Origin: an uncultured Thermoprotei archaeon
GTDB taxonomy: Archaea > Thermoproteota > Thermoprotei > Thermofilales > B15-G2
Assembly (NCBI GenBank): GCA_965367815.1
Contig: CBDUKN010000014.1
Location: 1-64,000, forward strand
DNA length: 64,000 nt
Reading direction: 5' to 3'
A program made the position numbers and the translations under genes. The notes beneath the pieces were generated by a model that saw only the letters and a list, made by a program, of their open reading frames with translations, did not search any database and had not been told where the DNA came from. Shown piece after piece: positions 56,761 through 64,000 of the stretch; the first letter of the stretch is position 1; every line of letters begins with the position of its first letter.

Positions 56761-58278
56761 ATGAGAGTTAATGTGAATGTTACTACCGAAATAGCCTTAG
56801 AGGAGGGGCGTACTTACGCTGGAGGTCTCGGTGTCTTAGAAGGAGATAAGTTCTATGCATCAGGCGAATTAGGGATAAATTATCTGGTTTTAATGCTTTT
56901 CTATAGAAATGGCTATGTTGATTACCGATTCTCTGAAGACGGATCTCCAACACCTGTACCGCAGTCTCAGCCAATAGAATTCACGAAAAAACTCAAGAAA
57001 GAAGACAGATTTCCCATAGAACTAAAGGGAGGAAAAGTCATAGTAGAGCCTCTCTCCTATAGGTACAAGACCGCTAAAACTGTTTTCTTTAATCCCGTTC
57101 AGCCGAGCTGGGCAGTTGAGCTTGTAGATCAACTGTATGTCGAGAAACATTATGAGGAAAAGTTCTACAAGTATGTATTACTGGCCAAAGCTGCCGCGGA
57201 GTATGTTAAGTCGCGTGTAGGATTAAGCAATGTGAACAAGATAATTCTAAACGAGGCGTACACCGCGCTTCTGCCCTTGGTACTAAGAGCTCCCAGTAAG
57301 TACATCTTCATAATTCACACTCCAGGTCCCTGGAGCCACCCAATCTTCCCAACTAGGCTCTTTGAAAGAGAATTTGGCTTCAAATTCATAACCGACAAAG
57401 TAGCCTTAACAGATATAGGCTTAGCGACATCCTTCAAAACCTACTGCGTATCAGAAAAGCATTTCGAAATTATGCAGAAGATAGTACCCCACTTTGCCCA
57501 CAAGCTATCTTACATGACAAACGGCATCAATATACTACGCTGGATAAATCCTCGTCTAAAAAGACTTCTTGAAGAAAATGTCTTAAATGTAGACTCGCTG
57601 AAAAAGGCTAAGCATCAAGCCAGAGAAAAACTGCTAAGGCTCATAAAAAGCTATAAAGCCATTAATGGCGAAGAAAAGCCGATAATCCTATGGTGTCGTA
57701 GAATAACTGGCTATAAGAGACCTTTCTTCGTAACGAGGTTTATAGAGGAAGAAAACCCCGATGCAATAATAGTGGTTGCCGGTAAGGCCCACCCGTACGA
57801 TGTAGATGGATTACGTTACATGCAAAAGTTCTATCAGTACTTCAAAGAAAAACCTAATGTAGTGTATATACACAATTATGATGTTAGCAAAGCCAAGATA
57901 CTGCTGAGCGGAGGAGACCTACTCTTATTTACGCCGTTTTCTTCACTAGAAGCCTGCGGAACGAGCTTCATGAAAGCAGCAATAAACAGTGTACCAAGCC
58001 TCTCTTCAAGAGATGGAGGTGTCCTCGAGCTAGTAGAAGATGGTATAAACGGATGGCTCTTCGGAAGAGATCTACGGCAGCTCATATATTTCGATACTCA
58101 GGAGAGAGATAGAATAAACGAGGAGGACTATAGAGAGTTTAAGGCAAAGCTTCTGAGGATACTTGATTTAATAGCAAATAATGAGGATAAGTATTACGAG
58201 GTAGCCTTAAACTGCGTAAAAACCTTCATGCCGAAGGTAGATATCTGCGAAAAGATGAGACAGCTTGTGTGTCAGTAA
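56761..58278 (+). CDS. Compact alpha-glucan phosphorylase (GT35)
   Basis: YAGGLGVLEGD, LNE, HTP..W.H, TNG, RR.T.YKR, GKAHP, EACGTSFMKA..N. Confidence 0.92.
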   Translation: MRVNVNVTTEIALEEGRTYAGGLGVLEGDKFYASGELGINYLVLMLFYRNGYVDYRFSEDGSPTPVPQSQPIEFTKKLKKEDRFPIELKGGKVIVEPLSYRYKTAKTVFFNPVQPSWAVELVDQLYVEKHYEEKFYKYVLLAKAAAEYVKSRVGLSNVNKIILNEAYTALLPLVLRAPSKYIFIIHTPGPWSHPIFPTRLFEREFGFKFITDKVALTDIGLATSFKTYCVSEKHFEIMQKIVPHFAHKLSYMTNGINILRWINPRLKRLLEENVLNVDSLKKAKHQAREKLLRLIKSYKAINGEEKPIILWCRRITGYKRPFFVTRFIEEENPDAIIVVAGKAHPYDVDGLRYMQKFYQYFKEKPNVVYIHNYDVSKAKILLSGGDLLLFTPFSSLEACGTSFMKAAINSVPSLSSRDGGVLELVEDGINGWLFGRDLRQLIYFDTQERDRINEEDYREFKAKLLRILDLIANNEDKYYEVALNCVKTFMPKVDICEKMRQLVCQ

Positions 58279-58502
58279 GCAATCTCGTGGTGGCACATGA
58301 ACTAGCTATCGTTTACATTAAGAAACACATTAATGTATATATTTTATATGTCGCTTATCATAGGCTTACTCGATATGATTTATGAAGAGACTGGGCTATA
58401 CTACTACTTTAAAGTATTTAAACATCTTTTGTCTAAGAGTATTCAAGCTTAAACTACATTATCTAAGGAAAGTTATTTTAATGAATTCTGCGAGTCATAT
58501 TT

Positions 58503-59342
58503 ATGAAAGTAGAATTCTGGTATCAGCTGCCTGTTACAGCTAGCGTCGATTATATAATGAAGTGTGCTCTTAAAGCTGAGAAAATAGGCTTTGACGGAGT
58601 AACTCACGAAGATCACTTCTGGGTAGTTCGAGTAGGTAGTGGCTGTAGACCCGAGTGCTGGACTATGCTGACTGCAATAGCTATGAAAACTAATCTTAAG
58701 GTAGCTCCACTAGTAGTCTGCATTCCTTATAGACCTCCATCGTTACTAGCGAAAATAGTAACTACGTTAGATCAGCTGACAAAAGGTAGAGTAATGCTGA
58801 TTTATGGTGCAGGGTGGTGGAAAGAAGAATTTGAGGCATTTGGCTATAAGTGGGAGCCTGATAGAGTACGTGTAGAGAGAACTTTTGAGGCAGTAAAGCT
58901 CATTAAAAGACTCTGGACTGAAGAAAATGTTACATTCGAGGGAAAGTACTATTCTGTTAAAAACTGTACGCTTGAACCTAAGCCGTACCAAAAGCCGCAC
59001 CCACCTATTTTATGCGGCGGGCAAGGTAGGCGTATGAGGAAATTTGCTGCACAGAATGTAGACGGCTGGGTTGGAGCAGTAAAGTTAGGTGGATTTAAAG
59101 AGTATTTAGAGAGGAAAAGATTTGTTGAAAAATACTGTAGGAAGAAAGACTTTATTTACGGCTACGCTGTCCGCTTTAATGGATACGAAGTTTCGCCAGA
59201 AGATTTGATCGAAGAATTCAAGCAGTATATCAAGATAGGCGTTACATGGATAAATATTCGAGTAGACCCTGATACAGAGAACTTAGAGCTTCTTGATAAA
59301 ATAGCTGAAGTAATAAAATACTTTAAAAAACAGCTACCTTAA
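58503..59342 (+). CDS. LLM-class flavin-dependent oxidoreductase
   Basis: AE..GFD...DH, R.P.LLAK...TLD.L..GR, GAGW, PKP.Q.PHPPI..GG. Confidence 0.92.
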   Translation: MKVEFWYQLPVTASVDYIMKCALKAEKIGFDGVTHEDHFWVVRVGSGCRPECWTMLTAIAMKTNLKVAPLVVCIPYRPPSLLAKIVTTLDQLTKGRVMLIYGAGWWKEEFEAFGYKWEPDRVRVERTFEAVKLIKRLWTEENVTFEGKYYSVKNCTLEPKPYQKPHPPILCGGQGRRMRKFAAQNVDGWVGAVKLGGFKEYLERKRFVEKYCRKKDFIYGYAVRFNGYEVSPEDLIEEFKQYIKIGVTWINIRVDPDTENLELLDKIAEVIKYFKKQLP

Positions 59343-61643
59343 AACTATATGATATACTTTGACTTCACAGAGATCTATTTGCGTAGCGAACTTCGGCTTT
59401 GAGTAATCTAACTCTATTTTCTTTTTTCCGAATAAATCTACTACTTCACACTTCTTAAAGCCCATCCTTGAGGCATTTAACTCTATTTCGATTTCTTGCT
59501 GTTTATCGGCTACCTCAATTACTATGAGTATAAAGCCATTAGGTGCTCTGCGAACACCCCAGATAACTCCTTGTTTGATAGGAGACTGCACTTTAACATA
59601 GGGGGTTAAGCTTGCTAGAGAGAGAGCGGAGTCTAGTATTTTCTCGAGACTTTCTTTGCTGAAGACTCCTGCGGAGTATATTACGTAGCCGTTTCCGTAT
59701 TTGTTTACAGTGAGGACTGGAGCTTCTCCGCAGACACAGATGCCTTCAGCCTTCTCTAAAGCTATTTTCTGCACAGGAATACACTTCAGTACATCGCCTT
59801 TCCTTAGGGCTTCGAAATCTTCTGCTACATAGGCTTCTCTGTATTTGGCTTTAAGGTAGCGTGCTAAGAAATCCCACCCTTCTCTAGCGTTGGGGTCGAG
59901 GTTTAGTCCTGATCTCCTTAAAACTGACCACAAGTGTCCTTCAAGCCACGGAGGAATAGTTTCTAGTATCCAGCTTCCTGTTCTCAGTCTTATTGGAAGA
60001 TATTCTCTCACTCTAGTTAAGTGTGCTAGAACCTCTTTATCTAGGTCTATTTCAGCCTCAAGACCTAGAATTTCTGAGAGAGGCTCGCAGGGAACTTTGC
60101 TATATGGATCTCCTTTTTCATCAAATTCTCCGGCGAAAGGTCCTACGAGAAGTACTCCTCCTTTCTTAACATATTCTTTGAGTTTCTCGGCGTGGCTTCG
60201 AGAAATGTACTTTATGTGTGGAGCTATTATCAGCTTGAATTTATCTACGCGGCCGTAGTCTAAGTGGTCTTCTGTGGCAATAGCTGTTTCAGAGCCGTAG
60301 CCTTTCCACAGTAGAAGAGAGAGATATCTCATTGCCGGAGCTACAGCGACTCCGCTTTCATGGAAGCTGTTCTCGTCCAGAAGGAGTACGCCTATACTCG
60401 GCTCGAGAGGCGGTGAAGCTCCTAGAATATCCATTATTTTTCTGAACATTGAGTTAAGTTTCTGTACAGCTAGATACGACTCCTTGAATTGCACTTTTTC
60501 TTTTTTGTTGTATCTCCAGCTTTGTCCTGTTACTAGTCCCCAGTAGTCTGACTTGAAGTCCCAGAAAGTCATTCCTGTTCCTCCCATTGCTTGAATAAAC
60601 CATGCGTGTCTAATGCACCACTTGTAGTCCTGGAAACCAGACATCTCGTTTACCTGATGAGGAGGCTCTGAGGAGCCTCTAGAGACCGCTATATAGTAGA
60701 ATGCTCTTTCAAATGTAGCTTCGAAGTCCTGTATTCCTGCGTGCGCATTTTTGGCTACGCTACAGACTTTGTACCATCTGCCGTGGCCTATGAAGCCCGG
60801 TAGATCCATGTTTACTTCAAGTGAAATCGGCCTATAGGGGTCGTACTTGTAGACTATGTCGCAGAAAGTTTTCCATACCTTGACATAGAGATACTGCTTG
60901 AACCTATACCAGTCCCATCGAGCAGTCTTCCACTTAGAAAGCTTTCTTCCCTTAAAGTCTTCAGGCTTAAGGCTTACCGGAGGATATACTTCTTCCCATG
61001 AACCATAAGTATTTGGATCATTGTTCCAGCGCTCACCGAGCTCCTCTAGGCTAAACTGTTCTTTAAGCCACTCTCTAAACTCGGATACAGTGCGCTCGTC
61101 GTAGCTAGCATCCTCTATTCCTCTTTCAGTTGAAGTAAACTCAGGCACAAGAGCCCATTTTTCGCCGCAAAGCCAGTAGTCTACTACAACGTCGTCATAT
61201 TCTTTAACAACTTCGATTACCCTCTTGACATACTCTTCTAGCTTTCTGAAGTAATTCTCGTCGTGAGGTACGGTGCCCATATAGGGTATAAGTACTCTTC
61301 TGCCAGTTTCAGTAATAATATACCAGCCATATTTCTCGGACATCCACTGAGGTGGCGTTGGATCAAAGTGAATAAATACTCCAATACTCATGCGCTTAGC
61401 TTTCTCCAGTAAATTCTTTAGGCTGCTTAAATCCCATATGCCGTCATAAGGCTCAATCTCTCTCCATCGAGCCCAGAACTCTGCTGCAGTAAAACCTGCT
61501 CTTAAATATAGGTTTCTAGCAGGATCCTCGACACACTCGTCTGGTAGACTTATTAAGTAGTTTCCGCTCCCGTAAGCAGTTGTCTTAATGAAAGGTTTTC
61601 CTTTATAGTAAAAGCACCCGTTTTTCACCTCGAATACTGGCAT
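59334..61643 (-). CDS. GH42-like beta-galactosidase
   Basis: W..IEP.DG.WD, TPPQW, FREWL...F....L..RW, YVKKGG, N.YG.G.V.Y. Confidence 0.8.
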   Translation of the reverse strand: MPVFEVKNGCFYYKGKPFIKTTAYGSGNYLISLPDECVEDPARNLYLRAGFTAAEFWARWREIEPYDGIWDLSSLKNLLEKAKRMSIGVFIHFDPTPPQWMSEKYGWYIITETGRRVLIPYMGTVPHDENYFRKLEEYVKRVIEVVKEYDDVVVDYWLCGEKWALVPEFTSTERGIEDASYDERTVSEFREWLKEQFSLEELGERWNNDPNTYGSWEEVYPPVSLKPEDFKGRKLSKWKTARWDWYRFKQYLYVKVWKTFCDIVYKYDPYRPISLEVNMDLPGFIGHGRWYKVCSVAKNAHAGIQDFEATFERAFYYIAVSRGSSEPPHQVNEMSGFQDYKWCIRHAWFIQAMGGTGMTFWDFKSDYWGLVTGQSWRYNKKEKVQFKESYLAVQKLNSMFRKIMDILGASPPLEPSIGVLLLDENSFHESGVAVAPAMRYLSLLLWKGYGSETAIATEDHLDYGRVDKFKLIIAPHIKYISRSHAEKLKEYVKKGGVLLVGPFAGEFDEKGDPYSKVPCEPLSEILGLEAEIDLDKEVLAHLTRVREYLPIRLRTGSWILETIPPWLEGHLWSVLRRSGLNLDPNAREGWDFLARYLKAKYREAYVAEDFEALRKGDVLKCIPVQKIALEKAEGICVCGEAPVLTVNKYGNGYVIYSAGVFSKESLEKILDSALSLASLTPYVKVQSPIKQGVIWGVRRAPNGFILIVIEVADKQQEIEIELNASRMGFKKCEVVDLFGKKKIELDYSKPKFATQIDLCEVKVYHIVLR

Positions 61644-61816
61644 AATATGCTCCGCTTTTAGCTTCGATGCTTGAGTATAAATGAGTATGCTTAAACTAAT
61701 CGAAAATTTATTTAAATATAGTCTAAAGACCTAGACTATATAAATACTTAGCACAATATTCGCCGAAGCTCTGGACAAACAAAAATAATTTAAGTTAGGC
61801 AATTTAAATTATCATA

Positions 61817-63127
61817 ATGTCGGTTGCCAAATTTATTGACAGAGAAGAAGAGCTTAACGCCTTAAAAAAGGCTCTCGAGAGTAATAGGTTTGAATTAATA
61901 GTAGTTTACGGTAGGAGAAGAGTAGGTAAAACAAGACTAGTGCTTGAAGCACTCAAAAATAAAGAATACGTCTATTATCTCGCTGTAGAGAAAGGGAACT
62001 TAGAAAGATTTAAGAAAACTGCAGCTAAAGTATCTAGCGAAATAAAGTATGCTAAAGAAGACTGGGAATCATTCTTCTATTTCCTCAAGAACAAAATAAT
62101 AGTAATAGATGAGTTTCCGAATCTAATTAAAGAAGATAAGACAATAATTTCATTATTTCAGAAAATAGTTGATGAAAACTTACTAAACACTAAAACAAAG
62201 CTCATTCTCATAGGCTCATCAATATCAATGATGAAAGAAAAAGTACTGAGCTATAAATCTCCACTTTACGGCAGAAGAACAGGCCAAATAAAACTTAAAC
62301 CACTTAAATTCAAGTACCTTAAAGAATTCTTCCCCAGCGCCTCGCCACAAGAGCTAGTCGAAATATACGGTTTCGCGGGAGGAACTCCATACTACTTAGA
62401 AAAGATTAAAACACCTTTTTGGAGTTGGTTAGACGAAGAATTGAAAGATCCTAAGAGCTTCTTAAAAGAAGAAGGAGACTTTTTACTCAGGTACGAGTTC
62501 GAAGAAATAGGTACATATAAAAGAATTTTAGAAGCAATAGCATGGGGTAAAACAAAACTAGGAGAAATAAAAAGTTTCGTAGGAAAACCATCGATAACAG
62601 AATACATCAAAAACTTGATCGAAATAGAGCTAATAGAGCATATTAAGCCAGTAACAGGAGGAAAGAGAGGAATATACCAGATAGCAGACAACTTTACACG
62701 CTTCTGGTTCCGATATATTTATCCAAATTTAAGTGAAATAGAGCTGGGAATATTCACGGCCCAAGACATTAAACAAGACTACAACAACTACCTGGGAGAA
62801 GTATTCGAAAAAATAGCACTAGAATTCATAGCAGAAGAAATAGCCCGCGGAAAACTGCCTAAAGTCACTAAAATTGGCAAATGGTGGTATAAAGGTGAAG
62901 AAATAGACATAGTAGGATTAAATGGCAGAAGAACAGGAATATTTGTTGAAGTAAAGTGGAGCGATTTATCTCGCCGCGACATTGCCAGAATATACGAAAG
63001 CTTAGTGGGAAAGGCTCGATACTTCAAAACCGATAGCAAGTTGTACATAATAGTCTGTAGAAACGCTCCCTTCATTGAAGAAGAAAACCTAAAGGTATAT
63101 ACATTGGACGACATACTTCAAGCATAA
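61817..63127 (+). CDS. Archaeal AAA ATPase (ATPase_2 + DUF234/PD-(D/E)XK-like)
   Basis: FIDREEEL, YGRRRVGKT, IDEFP, SPLYGRRT, GG.PYY, DNF.RFWF, EIDIV...EVKW. Confidence 0.92.
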   Translation: MSVAKFIDREEELNALKKALESNRFELIVVYGRRRVGKTRLVLEALKNKEYVYYLAVEKGNLERFKKTAAKVSSEIKYAKEDWESFFYFLKNKIIVIDEFPNLIKEDKTIISLFQKIVDENLLNTKTKLILIGSSISMMKEKVLSYKSPLYGRRTGQIKLKPLKFKYLKEFFPSASPQELVEIYGFAGGTPYYLEKIKTPFWSWLDEELKDPKSFLKEEGDFLLRYEFEEIGTYKRILEAIAWGKTKLGEIKSFVGKPSITEYIKNLIEIELIEHIKPVTGGKRGIYQIADNFTRFWFRYIYPNLSEIELGIFTAQDIKQDYNNYLGEVFEKIALEFIAEEIARGKLPKVTKIGKWWYKGEEIDIVGLNGRRTGIFVEVKWSDLSRRDIARIYESLVGKARYFKTDSKLYIIVCRNAPFIEEENLKVYTLDDILQA

Positions 63128-63145
63128 GTTCTATAGTATATCTCT

Positions 63146-64000
63146 TCACAGAGTACTCGCAATAGGGTATTTCCCATACTTTAGCGCTAGACGGTAAGCC
63201 ATAATCGCGTTTTCTGGAGGCGTATTTTCGCGTATATGCTGTAAGCCAAATATATATCCTCCGCCTGGTGCAAGAATACTTATTACTTCCTTGACATGTT
63301 TCTCTACTTCACTCAGTGTTCCAAAAGGAATTATTCTCTCAACATCTATTCCTCCTTGAAAACATATCTTATTGCCAAAAGTTTTCTTAAGCTTAATAGG
63401 ATCATTACCCTTTTCTTGAGGAAGTATTGGATTCAGTATGTCTATGCCGCAGTCAATGAACTCTGGTATTAGCTGAAATACCGCTCCGTGACAGTGATAA
63501 TTGAACTTTACTTTGGGAAACTCTTTCTTAATAGTTTTTACCAGTTTACAGAACCATGGTTTAACAAATTCTCGGTACATTTTAACCGACATAAATGGCT
63601 CTGTTTCAGTGCCCATATCGTCGCCAAAATATATCCAGACTACATAGTCTGCTACTTCGTTTAAAAGGTTAAGAGTTGCTTCAAGGACTATTTCTAGTAT
63701 TTTATCTGCTAAAGCTTTGTACAGCTCGGGATTTAAGCGCATGTCTAGAAGCCACTGCTTAAATCCTCTTAAATGAGCATATCTATGGAAAATCGAGCCT
63801 GCCGCACCACAGAAGATTGCATAGTCTGTTTCCTCGTATAGTTTCTTGGCTATTTCTCGAACTCCTTCAATAAGCTTGGGGTCATTTGGGTTAGGCCACT
63901 TAGGGTAGTTCTCGATATCTTCTACGGTTTTAGCATCTTTAAGAGGATGCTTTGCTACATAAACCATGTCTCCTGAATCTTTCCATATTACACCCCACCA
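63146..64000 (-). CDS. Uroporphyrinogen decarboxylase/MtbA-CmuA methyltransferase superfamily protein; 5' end lies outside the window
   Basis: Frame is open to the window end (WWGVIWK...); HPL, LRG, GDD.G, HCHG, GID.LNP, F.GGID, GGGYI, TPPEN. Confidence 0.88.
   Translation of the reverse strand, partial: WWGVIWKDSGDMVYVAKHPLKDAKTVEDIENYPKWPNPNDPKLIEGVREIAKKLYEETDYAIFCGAAGSIFHRYAHLRGFKQWLLDMRLNPELYKALADKILEIVLEATLNLLNEVADYVVWIYFGDDMGTETEPFMSVKMYREFVKPWFCKLVKTIKKEFPKVKFNYHCHGAVFQLIPEFIDCGIDILNPILPQEKGNDPIKLKKTFGNKICFQGGIDVERIIPFGTLSEVEKHVKEVISILAPGGGYIFGLQHIRENTPPENAIMAYRLALKYGKYPIASTL

Noticed and set aside
1373-63114. Numerous short antisense or alternate-frame ORFs in the track (for example 1373..1684, 21276..21611, 26810..27352, 30298..30660, 50438..50818, 59890..60258, 62392..62691)
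   Set aside because: They shadow well-supported genes and have the Ser/Phe/Leu-rich composition typical of the reverse complement of coding DNA
1-64000. CRISPR array, tRNA, rRNA, transposase or integrase
   Set aside because: No regularly spaced repeats, cloverleaf or rRNA-like GC-rich segments, or recombinase/transposase motifs were seen

Overview
This is an archaeal window, most likely from a thermophilic, anaerobic, sugar-fermenting member of Thermoproteota (inference from the proteasome alpha subunit, a C/D box sRNA, TATA-type promoters, GGTGA Shine-Dalgarno motifs, hdrCBA and the GH57/GT35 glycogen cluster). It is a mosaic accessory region containing: (i) an hdrC-hdrB-hdrA::mvhD operon with non-canonical Fe-S ligand motifs; (ii) about 11 glycoside hydrolase genes (three GH42-like, GH127, two GH63/MGH1-like, GH116, a GH-A clan enzyme, GH36, two GH57) plus a glycogen GT4/GT35 cluster; (iii) five toxin-antitoxin modules, two of them damaged, an MNT-HEPN-like fusion and two AAA-ATPase/DUF234 proteins; (iv) feoAB with a convergent DtxR gene and a clear DtxR-type palindrome; (v) a C/D box sRNA outside any ORF; (vi) at least nine pseudogenes or gene remnants, including a surface HExxH metallopeptidase-like gene split by one in-frame TGA. 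I saw no tRNA, rRNA, CRISPR array or transposase. All family calls come from motif recognition by eye; no database searches were run.
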